36,584 bases of DNA, taken from contig CAZRID010000004.1 of NCBI GenBank assembly GCA_964600055.1, positions 1-36,584 on the forward strand, given 5' to 3'. Below the pieces are notes generated by a model. The model was not told where the DNA came from. It did not search any database and saw only the letters and a list, made by a program, of their open reading frames with translations. How positions within the stretch are numbered: the first letter of the stretch is position 1; the number at the start of each line of letters is the position of its first letter. Origin of the DNA: an uncultured Acidimicrobiaceae bacterium. Lineage in GTDB: Bacteria; Actinomycetota; Acidimicrobiia; Spongiisociales; ZC4RG35. Both the position numbers and the translations under genes were made by a program. Shown one piece after another: positions 9,948 to 19,146 of this stretch.

Positions 9948-10459
9948 CAGCACCCTCCCCTCTCCCTGCAACAGCACCTCTCTGACCGACCCCGTCGGGG
10001 AATAAGCTCCTCCGCCCACGAGCAATGTCTAGAAACCCGAAATGAAGCCGGTTGGAGCGGAATCGTACCTTTTCGACGCGCGGTACCCGTCCGATAGCCA
10101 GTGAGCAAGGGAGCCCGTTGGATGGGACCACATTCGATTCGTGACTAGGCCAGGACTCAGCGAGTGATGGGGCACCCATTCGCGCGGGATGTCTCTAGGC
10201 ACCCAAGAAGTCCTCTCCCGGTCAACCGCGGCATGTCCCGGCTGGTACCACCATGCCGTCCCGGAACCCCGTTAACCCATCGTCTAGACGAGAACAGTTA
10301 CGCTCCGCTCGAAGAGCTCCACTTGCTCAAGGCGGGCGGCCCAAAGGGCAGGGTGTGGTCCCGGCAGCGAGTCCAAATCAACGCGCCTCCGATCGCCGAA
10401 CGGCTCACCGACGTATGTCATCCGACTGCACTCGCCTTTGATTTGGCATCGAAGCTCCG

Positions 10460-10750
10460 CTACGAGGGTCTAGCAAAAACGATGGTCACCCATAGCCTGT
10501 CGCTCGGATCGAGGTGCAAACCAACTCCAACCGTTGTGAATCGTTGGTCGATCACGTTCGAGAAATGTCCCGACGACACGGAGAAAGCCACAAGAACAGA
10601 GGACCAATCTGGGCCGTGTCCAATGTTCTCCCCGAGTACCGAATAGAGTCCCAATAGCTCTGTAAGAGCGGAGTGTTCGAACTCCCCGTTTGCCATCGTG
10701 ATCGAATGCCGGTCGCGACTGACCTGCAAGCTCGCACCGACCAGATCTGA
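10460..10750 (-). pseudogene. CAP/SCP-domain C-terminal remnant
   Basis: HSITMA...FEHS...LGENIGHG...SSGHFSNVIDQRFTTVGVG...LWVTIVFA matches the CAP consensus (GENI; SxGHxxN; vGvG; wtqvF). No credible N-terminus or signal peptide. Confidence 0.6.
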
Positions 10751-10854
10751 CAAGCAGCCTGAAGGTCTGGGCCGAAAGCGATCATGCGTCCTTCTCGATC
10801 TGTCGACGGTTTTCGGCAGGAAAGCACCGAGGGCCAACTGGGCCTATCGCCTCG

Positions 10855-11499
10855 CTACAGGCCTGGACGGAGGCCTGCATGGGCACTGGCCTCGGCAAAC
10901 GTTGCGTGGCCTCGGCTCCGATCAACAAACTTAAGTGAGATGTCGCCCTTGGTGTATCGGTCGGTGAAGTAGGTCCCGGAGACGGTTGCGGGCACATTCA
11001 GCTCCGGTCGAAGTGTGCACGAGCCTAGATGAGCAACACTTCGCGGTTGGTGCATAGCGCTGGGGATGTTTCGGTAGACGAAGGAAAGGTGCTCGACGTG
11101 GCGGTTCGCATGCCGATCCCAGAAATACGCCCGGCTCCAACTTTCACTCTCGGCAGTGAGGAGTCGAACATGCAAGGTCCAATATGACTGGGTGACCACA
11201 AGGAACGCTTCTATCGGGCCGCGATTGCCACCTTCGGGTATGTGGCTGTCAGATGTCGGAATCAGGGTCGCAACCCACAATCCGTCAAGACGAGGCCGAT
11301 GGGTCACTCGATGGAACGGCGGCAACCGCCAGCCGATCGTGTCCCATGCCGCCAGCATCAGCGAACCGATCGCTGGGAGGGCGGCCAGGAGACGCTCGGT
11401 GGTCGAACTAATGATTGTACCGGTTACCCAAAACAGCCCGGTGTAGACCACCCCTAGGGCAAGGATGGTGATACGCAAGAGAGCGGTCGGTCTTCCCAT
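10855..11499 (-). CDS. cap15: CBASS Cap15-type effector (2 TM + beta-barrel cyclic-nucleotide sensor)
   Basis: Two N-terminal TM segments, then GxW, VTQSYWTLHVRLLTAESES, YRNIP...H.G and GTYFTDRYTKG motifs. Starts 2 nt after the CD-NTase stop. Confidence 0.88.
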   Translation of the reverse strand: MGRPTALLRITILALGVVYTGLFWVTGTIISSTTERLLAALPAIGSLMLAAWDTIGWRLPPFHRVTHRPRLDGLWVATLIPTSDSHIPEGGNRGPIEAFLVVTQSYWTLHVRLLTAESESWSRAYFWDRHANRHVEHLSFVYRNIPSAMHQPRSVAHLGSCTLRPELNVPATVSGTYFTDRYTKGDISLKFVDRSRGHATFAEASAHAGLRPGL

Positions 11500-11501
11500 C
11501 G

Positions 11502-12413
11502 TCAGCTCGCGTAACCCAGGTAGTCCCAGGTTTTCGAAACGAGTGCCTTAGCTTCATCGGGCGTCCACTTTTGCTGACCTCGAAACAGCCACTTCAAGAC
11601 GTTCGGTTCAACCATATTGTCGACACTGTCAGCGTTGAGTTGCGTCCACAAGTCCCAGAGGGTGGAGCGAAATCCGTCATCGAGGTCACCAGATGTCAGC
11701 GCAGAGTCTTTCACGTTGAAGACAAGGCATTCCATGAAGTACGACGGCAGATCCGAAATAGTGCCCTCGGCGCTCAAAACGTTCTCGGCGTTCTTGAGAG
11801 CCCGTACATAGCTCTTGTATCGTCCGCCGGTGGCGCTGTTCTTGGCGCGACCGTTGTCCATTTGTTGCTGTGGCCAGTTCACAATGTATCCCCCTCCATC
11901 GGCAGGGAACACACAGCTCCCTTTATGACCCTGCTGACCATCGGGGTCATCGAAGCGCATGTACGAGAAGCTTGGAACCACATCGGCGCTTGGCCGGCTC
12001 CCAGCGATGGCGAGGACGTTGATGGCGATGTTCCCCGTCGCTTTCACGTTGGACGATCCAAAACTCTCTTCGAGAGCCGTAGCGACAGCCCCGCGCCATA
12101 GCGAAGGAGTCCAGGGACCCGGGTAGAAAGACGCCGGGGGTGCTCCAGGATTCGGGCCAGAGACATAGTCGAAGTAGTAGCACTCCCGAAGCTCGACAAC
12201 GACATCGACATCGCTGTCTAGGCGAACGTTGGTGTTGTTCGGATAGCTGCCCTTGGTATAAATCGACAAGTCACTTCCAGAGAAGGCTGCGCTGGATCCG
12301 ATCGCGTCTTCGACCATTCGTTTTGCGCGATCCTGCTGAGTCTGTTCGCTATCACTCGAGGGTCGTATCCAGCTTGCCAGTTGCAGCTGCCGATCAGCAT
12401 CGCTTAGAGGCAT
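11502..12413 (-). CDS. cGAS/DncV-like nucleotidyltransferase (CD-NTase, CdnE-like)
   Basis: W..PSS.SE N-terminus, GSY.NNTNVRLDSDVDV (GS + DxD), ADVVP third Asp, IVNWP..Q..NG..KN, YK..VR.LK and PSYFMECLVFNV. Confidence 0.92.
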   Translation of the reverse strand: MPLSDADRQLQLASWIRPSSDSEQTQQDRAKRMVEDAIGSSAAFSGSDLSIYTKGSYPNNTNVRLDSDVDVVVELRECYYFDYVSGPNPGAPPASFYPGPWTPSLWRGAVATALEESFGSSNVKATGNIAINVLAIAGSRPSADVVPSFSYMRFDDPDGQQGHKGSCVFPADGGGYIVNWPQQQMDNGRAKNSATGGRYKSYVRALKNAENVLSAEGTISDLPSYFMECLVFNVKDSALTSGDLDDGFRSTLWDLWTQLNADSVDNMVEPNVLKWLFRGQQKWTPDEAKALVSKTWDYLGYAS

Positions 12414-12791
12414 CGTTCACACCGCTCGATGACAATTCCGGACACGACGTCGTCAATGAATGAGCCGAGCCTGTGACCGCCTGGCCGATGCCAGACATTC
12501 TGCTCACGCAGCAGAACTCCACTCGATCAACAGACTCCTGAACCAACCGGCGAACCGAGCCGCCTCGTTCCGTGCCCGTTGGCGACTCGGTGGCCCCGAA
12601 CCATATTCGGTCTTCGCTTTCAGCGCTCTGGCAGCCGTGTGCTCGTTGACGTCGAAACCGTTCTCGGCTTCGACCCACAGTAGGTCCAACAGAATCAAGA
12701 CCCGCCTCCTCATGCTGGAAGGACCTCTTCTTCTCCCTGAACAATTGGTTCGCCCCCGTAGACAGGTGAAGACATAGGGCGCGTTCCTCGT

Positions 12792-13121
12792 CTAACTCGT
12801 GGAGGCGGGGACGGTCCAAGGAGACGTCATCGCATCGACACTAAGACCGAGAACAAACGCGGTTACTGCACGAAATCCTTCGTCAGCCTTCTTAACTTGA
12901 TTGTATGCGGCGACCAGTCCGACAACGGACGCCACAAGGCTGATCACTATGCGGGCCAAGATCACACCTCGAGTGCCAAAAACCCACTCACCATCCGCCT
13001 TGATTGCAGCGACCGCGACTTCATAGATCCAGTGGAAGATGATGCCGAGCAACAAGGAGAAAAAGACGAGAACCTTGTTCGGTTCATCTGCCAATGCTTG
13101 ACTTGATGTCTTCAACGACAT
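12792..13121 (-). CDS. Small membrane protein (about 3 TM), unknown function
   Basis: 109 aa with three hydrophobic segments; strong GGAGG RBS before ATG. Confidence 0.75.
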   Translation of the reverse strand: MSLKTSSQALADEPNKVLVFFSLLLGIIFHWIYEVAVAAIKADGEWVFGTRGVILARIVISLVASVVGLVAAYNQVKKADEGFRAVTAFVLGLSVDAMTSPWTVPASTS

Positions 13122-13244
13122 TCTTCGTTCCTCCTCCGACGAGCCTTGACTCTGTTGTTCCGTTCCTTGCCGACCGAGATCAGTCGGCCTATTGCTGACG
13201 TGCCGCCTGAAGCCTGCGGCGGCGGGTTTCCGACGTTTAGTGCC

Positions 13245-13505
13245 TCAACAGTTCGGAAGGTTGTCGAGGTTGTTCCTGGAGGTCGCATCGGCGTCTGTTC
13301 GCAAGAACTTTCCTGTGGCTCCCTGGACAACCTTGACCCAGACAGCCTCGCCTGCTTCTTGCACGAAGTACCGGTGGAGCCGGTTCTCAATGTCGCTGAT
13401 TGCGTCGCTCTTACTTCGAGGCGACCACCACTCATCCCGATTGCAGAGCGAGGTGATATCCCCTTCTCGGTCCTTCCCCGATTGACGTACGCGACGATCG
13501 GCCAC
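13245..13505 (-). CDS. DUF3892-like protein
   Basis: 86 aa with AISDIE...YFV...V.VV......FLRTDAD.TSRNNLDNLP, the family-type C-terminal motif; AAGGAG RBS before GTG. Confidence 0.85.
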   Translation of the reverse strand: MADRRVRQSGKDREGDITSLCNRDEWWSPRSKSDAISDIENRLHRYFVQEAGEAVWVKVVQGATGKFLRTDADATSRNNLDNLPNC

Positions 13506-14033
13506 GGCTTCTCCTTTAGTTCCCGGCCACCCAAGGCGGCCGCAAGATTCGACCAGTTAGTATTCGCCGATCACGTAGTTTGAGTTCCGAGGAACTACCG
13601 AATCTCGCGGTGGCTTCCGCTGACCTAGTCGGTCGGTGCTTGCTCGAACCCAGGTTCTTTACAGGTCAAACTGCGAGCAGGATCCGACCGCAGTTCGTCC
13701 CTATAGGGCGATGGGGTGACTTCCATAGGCGAGGACAACCGCCGCTGCGAGCCAACGCAGCGACGTCCTCAGGCGACCATGCCGGCGTCGAAAGCCGGAC
13801 CGGTTTTGCACCTGACACCGTCATTAGCCGTGGAAAGCTCTTATCCCACGAGGTGTGAGCGCAGTTGGTCCGCGGTGACCGTGACGTCGGTTGTTGATCC
13901 TAATGCCGCGATGATTTCCTCTCGATCACGAGGATCGCACGCCGCCCAGGTTCGCTCCTCGCCCGTGAGTCCCCCATCCACGCGTAGTGTTTCTGAAGCT
14001 CCTGTCCAAGCTGTTGGAGATCGGGCGGCGGTG

Positions 14034-14348
14034 ATGCAAAAGCCACCCTCGTCGCTTGCTCTGGCTCAACTTGAGCAGGATTTCGGTGACGCCGGTTTCA
14101 AGGTCACGTCGCAAATCCGAATAACTGAGAGCCGCTGTCAGCCTGAGATGGTGGAGGTTGCGATAGCGACCGTTCGCATGGTGCTCGAGATCGTCGCTCC
14201 CGAGGTGATCGATCGAGCGATCAAGGCTGCTTTGAAGTTCATAGATCGAAGGCGCCTAGGAACACCGGAGCGGTGCGTGATCCTCTACGGGCCGAAGGGA
14301 GAAATCCTCAAAAGGGCCACAGTGAAGGATCGCTCAGATGACCGATGA
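14034..14348 (+). CDS. Small hypothetical protein
   Basis: About 104 aa with an amphipathic helix and a C-terminal VILYGPKGEILK beta-hairpin; GGAG upstream. Start uncertain. Confidence 0.45.
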   Translation: MQKPPSSLALAQLEQDFGDAGFKVTSQIRITESRCQPEMVEVAIATVRMVLEIVAPEVIDRAIKAALKFIDRRRLGTPERCVILYGPKGEILKRATVKDRSDDR

Positions 14349-14690
14349 CGTCCTCCTTAGAGCGATTCACAACACCTTCGGGACGTCGGGATCGAAGAGC
14401 CCAGCTTTGCCCTCGTCAACCTGTTCGAGAATCTGTGGAGTGGCCAGGCTCCAGGTTTCGCTCAGGTCGTCGGCGGAGAAGTGGGAGGAGTCTTCTACAA
14501 CGGTTTAGTAACGATCATTGCGGAAGAAATCCGAGAAGGCGCACAAAACGGTCGGAGCCCGAACCGAGGCGTCTCGTCTTGCCTTGCATCTATTAATTCG
14601 CCGATCGAGGGTTTTCGGTTCCACGCTGACCTGGTCAAGCATGCCCACTAGAGACAAGCTGGTCCTTTACGAGTCACGCAGAGCCGACGA

Positions 14691-15674
14691 TCACCCTGGA
14701 AGCGTGTCCACCGTTTGCGGAAGCTCGTACCGTCCGAGCGCGATTGCCGTTCCGGCTGGCACTTGGAGTTGTGCATCTGGCTCGAGGAGAGTGACAGAGT
14801 CGGTCACCAAGTTCCCTTCGGAATCGAACGACACCACCATTCGGCGCCTCAACTCCTGTCGGAATGTCAAGCCGAAGGAGAAGAGTCCCACTCCGGCTGG
14901 CACCAAGTTCTCCAGGGGCAGCTGTGCTAGGACTTCTAGAAGGGCAGCACGCAGTTGGGGCGGGCGTGACACTTCCCGCAGCATTTGGCTTGCAAGGTCG
15001 AGCAAGTCAACGGCCACGGGGCGATCATCACCCGAGGAGCTGAGATACACATCCATTGCCCTCCGCAGCTCCGCTGGATCTACTGGCCAGTCTTTCGTTA
15101 GCAACGGGTCAGAAATGCCATCGAACTGCTCGACGACGCTCGTTCCGATTGCGTCACGATGATCCATACCCGCAGCCATGTACGCCTCTTCAACAAGCGG
15201 ATCAAAGAATGTCGGAGCGAGCGGGGTCGTCCTTATCTGAAGAAATCTCAGGTCCTCACTTCTCCACAGCTCGCGGGTGGTCGGCTGAATGTACGCGACC
15301 CATTCTCGGTCCAATAGGCCAAGGTCGTTCGCCGGCCTAGCCCTGAGGTCTCGCCGGTGAGTCTTGAAGTAGGCAAAAGCTCCTGGTGGCACACTGTCGG
15401 GGTGAGCAGACCGCGCCACCCGCGCGATCTCCAGAAGCATTGGTCCTGTCCCGGGTCGCGCAAGAAAGCTCCAGCCGGCTACGCCGGCAGCAGCGCCCGC
15501 GCCTATCAGTGCAAACAGTAGTTTGCGCCGTGATACCGGACCCATTGCGAGGCGACGCTCCTCGTCGTCGATTAGGTCATCTAACCGGCGCCGCATATAT
15601 GCATCGTCGGCCGCGGATGGGACTGGCGGATCCCCCTGAGGGCGCAAACGATCGAGGGGGTCGTGACCGTTCAT
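14691..15674 (-). CDS. Membrane-anchored anti-sigma factor-like protein (CU044_5270-like)
   Basis: Short cytoplasmic N-terminus, one TM helix (LLFALIGAGAAAGVAGWSFLA) and an extracellular domain with P.DPAELR and P.LRAAL.EVLA.LP motifs. ATGA overlap with the sigma gene. Confidence 0.75.
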   Translation of the reverse strand: MNGHDPLDRLRPQGDPPVPSAADDAYMRRRLDDLIDDEERRLAMGPVSRRKLLFALIGAGAAAGVAGWSFLARPGTGPMLLEIARVARSAHPDSVPPGAFAYFKTHRRDLRARPANDLGLLDREWVAYIQPTTRELWRSEDLRFLQIRTTPLAPTFFDPLVEEAYMAAGMDHRDAIGTSVVEQFDGISDPLLTKDWPVDPAELRRAMDVYLSSSGDDRPVAVDLLDLASQMLREVSRPPQLRAALLEVLAQLPLENLVPAGVGLFSFGLTFRQELRRRMVVSFDSEGNLVTDSVTLLEPDAQLQVPAGTAIALGRYELPQTVDTLPG

Positions 15675-16243
15675 GGTGTCACGTCGTGTCGTCCACTTGA
15701 GAGTTCCCTCTGAAGCTTCGTGCGAGCTCGGTTGAGTCGGGATCGGACCGTTCCTTCAGGAATTCCGAGAGCCTCCGCGATTTCAGAGTAGGACAAGCCG
15801 CCAACTGCAAATAGTCCGACGACGGCCCGTTCCTCCTTTCGGAGCGAACGCATCGCGGACACCAGCATGTCATGGTACGAGTCGGCATCGACCCGGTTCA
15901 CTGCATCCTGCTCGGAGTCTGGTGCCCCCGTGGTCATTTCACCAATCGATCGGCTGAAGGCCCTTCTCTCTCGAGCCGCATGCCGGTGGTAGTCCGCGAT
16001 GAGGTGCCCGGCGATCCCCATCAACCACGGACGAGAGTTCGGGTAGCTCGTTTGATACCTTGCCCGTTGAGCAAACGCGCGTGCAAACACCTCGGCAGTG
16101 AGATCTCTCCCATCATCAGGTCCAACGGCCCTCACCAACAACGCGAACACGGCAGGAGAGTGTCGCCGATAGATCTCATCAAATCGTGCGGGCGTGGCCC
16201 ACGACGCCTCAATGATCTCGGCGTCGGTGGTCCCACCCTGCAT
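15671..16243 (-). CDS. ECF (sigma-70 group 4) RNA polymerase sigma factor
   Basis: FDEIYRRH, DLTAEVFARAF, PWLMGIA (region 2) and LSYSEIAEALGIPEGTVRSRLNRAR (region 4). Start placed at ATG 16243. Confidence 0.93.
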   Translation of the reverse strand: MQGGTTDAEIIEASWATPARFDEIYRRHSPAVFALLVRAVGPDDGRDLTAEVFARAFAQRARYQTSYPNSRPWLMGIAGHLIADYHRHAARERRAFSRSIGEMTTGAPDSEQDAVNRVDADSYHDMLVSAMRSLRKEERAVVGLFAVGGLSYSEIAEALGIPEGTVRSRLNRARTKLQRELSSGRHDVTP

Positions 16244-16280
16244 TAGAGGAGACTGCCACGGAATCTGGCTGCATGGCGCT

Positions 16281-16802
16281 TCAACTGCTCCAATAGGAGA
16301 CCGAATCTGTTGTGTTGTCGTAGGCACCGGGCAGGTTGTGGGTACTCCCTGATCCTGTCGTGTCGGTCGCAGCACCGCCTTTGTCGGGGTCGACATGATG
16401 GCGCAACCGGTGACACCCATTGAACGAAGACGAGATCCGATTCGACCACGTTGGCCCCGTATTCCAGAAGCCACCATTGCAATTGTCACCGACAATGGAT
16501 ATTGAGCTTCCAGTTCCCCCAGCCCCATCGAAATGGATACCAAGAGTGAACGTGAGCAAGCTGACGCCCTCGCCGACGATCCGATCACTGCCCTGAACGG
16601 TCGCGTGCTCGGCACCCTGGGCTTCCCCCAATGTGGTGAAACAGCCCAGAGATTCAGTGATGAACTCTCCGCTTGGCTTCTGCCCAACAACAACAAGGAC
16701 ACAATGAGTTTCGGTGTCCACTGCCTTTGCACCAAACGAAGCCACGCTGCCTGATACCAGCATCAGGGCCAAACAGCGACCCATCCATCTCCGAAATTCC
16801 AA
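16281..16802 (-). CDS. Secreted Cys-containing protein (beta/gamma-crystallin or peptidase inhibitor I36-like C-terminus)
   Basis: Signal-like LALMLVSGSVASFGAKA, four Cys, and F.G.GGTG...WSNRISSS and YDNTTDSV motifs resembling crystallin-like secreted actinobacterial proteins. Confidence 0.6.
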   Translation of the reverse strand: MEFRRWMGRCLALMLVSGSVASFGAKAVDTETHCVLVVVGQKPSGEFITESLGCFTTLGEAQGAEHATVQGSDRIVGEGVSLLTFTLGIHFDGAGGTGSSISIVGDNCNGGFWNTGPTWSNRISSSFNGCHRLRHHVDPDKGGAATDTTGSGSTHNLPGAYDNTTDSVSYWSS

Positions 16803-16999
16803 ATCAGACCTCTCTGTCGACTTATCACTATTCGCCGAAGTGCCCGAACGGGTTCCGCCCTTTTGCCGCGTCGACGGAGTTCACTCGGATCATCGAACCG
16901 CGGCCTGGGAACCACTGTGCATGCTTCAGCGAAGTAAGGATGGCTCGCGACAGAAGTAGCGATTCGTGTTGGAAACTTGACCGGGAAGGATTGCTCTTG

Positions 17000-17191
17000 A
17001 TGTACAAGCAGAAGAAGTTCCTAGGTAACGTAAACACCCTGGAAGTCCACGACACAGGCAACCAGAGGGTCAATTGCCAGCTCGACCATATGTCCGTCGA
17101 GCACCGGCGCTGGTATGACACGCTCGCCGAGGCAAAGGCGGAGCACCCCTATGACAATTGCAGCTGGTGTCTGGGTTCGTTGAATCGTTAG
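17000..17191 (+). CDS. Small Cys/His protein resembling the Ada-type metal-binding fold
   Basis: 63 aa from ATG 17000 with GGAAGGA RBS: FLGN.NT.EVHD......CQ........Y.TL.EA....YDNCSWC. Confidence 0.7.
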   Translation: MYKQKKFLGNVNTLEVHDTGNQRVNCQLDHMSVEHRRWYDTLAEAKAEHPYDNCSWCLGSLNR

Positions 17192-17497
17192 GCAACCGGG
17201 AAACGCGAATCCTTATCGTCGTTTCGTCCTAGGACGGCAGAACCAGAGCCATTCTTCGATGCTCTGGCGTAAGTCCAAACGCTCAAGGCCGACAATTCCG
17301 AGGTTCGATCTTGAGCAAATGCCGGCTCTTGATTCCGAAGGCTTTGTTCCCTGATCCCCCAACCGGACCGTAGGCGTCGCGTTCTGTCATTGACCTTCGA
17401 CTGACAGGCCTACGGATATTCCGATGACAGGGTTGTTCGGGATTCTCCTGTCGTGAACGAAGCATGGCGCCCCCCCGAAGCCATCGAGTCAGCAGAT

Positions 17498-17525
17498 TCT
17501 CATTGAGCTGATTTTCTCAATGAGA
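17498..17525. promoter_or_regulatory. 10-bp inverted repeat upstream of the conjugation operon (possible operator)
   Basis: TCTCATTGAG-N8-CTCAATGAGA, AT-rich, about 80 nt upstream of ATG 17605. Confidence 0.45.
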
Positions 17526-17604
17526 GGGCCGACGAGGGTTTGTCCGTAATCGCGGGTGTGACGTCTCGTCTTCCTCAGGCGACCAATCGACCACCAGAAA
17601 GGAC

Positions 17605-17934
17605 ATGGAGTTGAGCATCGACGGCCCACACCTCACCGCTGATCGACAGGGAGGCATCCCCCCGATCCGACCACCGGACTTCGGGAACCTGACTACCGAC
17701 GAGTTGGACCGTCATATACGAGTGGGATGGGATGACTGGTGCGACCTGTTGGAAGCCCTGGTCAGGACTGAAGGGATGCTGCCGCCTGATGACCTGGCCT
17801 GTCGGGTGATCAGATTCTTCGAGAGTCGTTACTGGGCTGCTGAAGGCGCCCGTATCGAAGCATTGCGACGCCAGAGTCCTAGCACCAAATTGATAGGCAG
17901 TCGTGGGGCTGAACATTCGATCGGACTCCGGTGA
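17605..17934 (+). CDS. Hypothetical protein, first gene of the conjugation operon
   Basis: GAAAGGA RBS; the stop codon overlaps the next start (GTGA). Confidence 0.6.
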   Translation: MELSIDGPHLTADRQGGIPPIRPPDFGNLTTDELDRHIRVGWDDWCDLLEALVRTEGMLPPDDLACRVIRFFESRYWAAEGARIEALRRQSPSTKLIGSRGAEHSIGLR

Positions 17935-18842
17935 CGGATCGACCTGCTCGAAAAGTGGACCTTGGTGAACTGCTTCCTCGAAGACGGCTCAGCCCTGGAT
18001 TGAAAGTCAGGGCCTGGCGAATCGTCTTGTGGCTGCTGATCGTGTCGGGGCCCGTGGCAGCGGTTCTGATTGGACACCAGGTTTCGGCACTTGGTCAGGC
18101 GGTCGGAGCGTTGGGTGCTGTTGCGGGTGTTGAGAGGCAGCCTGATACAGCAGGGGTGGAGGGCTTCGCCGAACTCTTCATCGCCACTTACCTCGAGGCA
18201 GGGGAGGATCTTCCTGGTGCCCTTTCGCCTTTTCTCGTCAACCCGTCGCTGGAGGGGATGGAAGTCGGGTCATGGTTCGCCAGTAGGACGACGAGCGTCG
18301 GCGCTCGCGAACTCGCCGACAATTACTACGCGGTCGTGGTCGCTGCTGAGGTTGTCGCCGCCGATCAGGCCGACGGTCGACCAGTGTGGGTTCCGGCGGG
18401 GACACGTTTCTATTCGGTAGGAGTGGTGGAGACCGAGACCGGATGGGTCGTCGTGGGTTTGCCTGCTCTGATCCCGGCACCGACCCGGGCTCCTGCGCCG
18501 GAACCTCTGATTGGGCGTCTTGATGGCCTCGACGCCGTGCCCGGTCTGGAAGAGATGCTTCCAAGGTTTCTGGCGGCGCTGTTGGCAGGTGATGGGGAAC
18601 TGGCCCGCTACCTCTCGACTTCGGCCCAAGTCGCCGAAATCGAGCCGCCGCCGTTTGTGACAGTCGAGATCCTGCAGGCCGGGCTAGTCGAAATTGACCG
18701 GCTCACCCAGGTGACGTTGGTGGTGCGGGCGACCGATTCGGGCGAACGTGTTCAGGTGCTCCAGTACTCGCTGGTTGTGGAGCTGAGGGATGGCCGGTGG
18801 GAGGTTTCGCAACTGCTTCCAGCACCGCAGCTCGCACGTTGA
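17931..18842 (+). CDS. Conjugal transfer protein, TcpC/VirB8-like
   Basis: One N-terminal TM helix, then two NTF2-like repeats (FAELFIATYL; FLAALLAGD.ELARY; Y.L.VELRDGRWEV). Confidence 0.85.
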   Translation: MTDRPARKVDLGELLPRRRLSPGLKVRAWRIVLWLLIVSGPVAAVLIGHQVSALGQAVGALGAVAGVERQPDTAGVEGFAELFIATYLEAGEDLPGALSPFLVNPSLEGMEVGSWFASRTTSVGARELADNYYAVVVAAEVVAADQADGRPVWVPAGTRFYSVGVVETETGWVVVGLPALIPAPTRAPAPEPLIGRLDGLDAVPGLEEMLPRFLAALLAGDGELARYLSTSAQVAEIEPPPFVTVEILQAGLVEIDRLTQVTLVVRATDSGERVQVLQYSLVVELRDGRWEVSQLLPAPQLAR

Positions 18843-18867
18843 GAACCGATTGAAAAGGAGAGGGCAC

Positions 18868-19146
18868 ATGATCCAAACAGCAGAAACCGTGGTGGGGAAC
18901 CTCACCACTTTGGCGATCGGGGCGGCGGTACTGCTCGCCATCGGAATGATCCTCTGGTCTTGGTTGGTGAAGCGGACGGTGTCGTCGGTGATCGGGGTCA
19001 TCATTCTGGCGGCGATCGTCCTTTTTGCCATCAACGCCACCGATTGGCTGCAGACCAAGGTGGCCGAGGATGTGGGCGCATCGGCACCACCGATTCGAGG
19101 CGTGATCCTGGTACCGGGCTCGGTCCACGACGCAGGGTGGGATTGA
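18868..19146 (+). CDS. Small 2-TM conjugation protein (pilin/TcpD-like)
   Basis: AAGGAG RBS, two hydrophobic helices, and its position between tcpC-like and tcpE-like genes. Confidence 0.7.
   Translation: MIQTAETVVGNLTTLAIGAAVLLAIGMILWSWLVKRTVSSVIGVIILAAIVLFAINATDWLQTKVAEDVGASAPPIRGVILVPGSVHDAGWD

Noticed and set aside
12394-12819. Several short ORFs between the CD-NTase and the 3-TM gene
   Set aside because: No recognisable motifs or convincing RBS; possibly a decayed gene, but unsupported.
15671-16735. 354-aa version of the ECF sigma ORF
   Set aside because: The extension overlaps the secreted-protein gene on the same strand and looks non-coding; sigma homology begins near ATG 16243.
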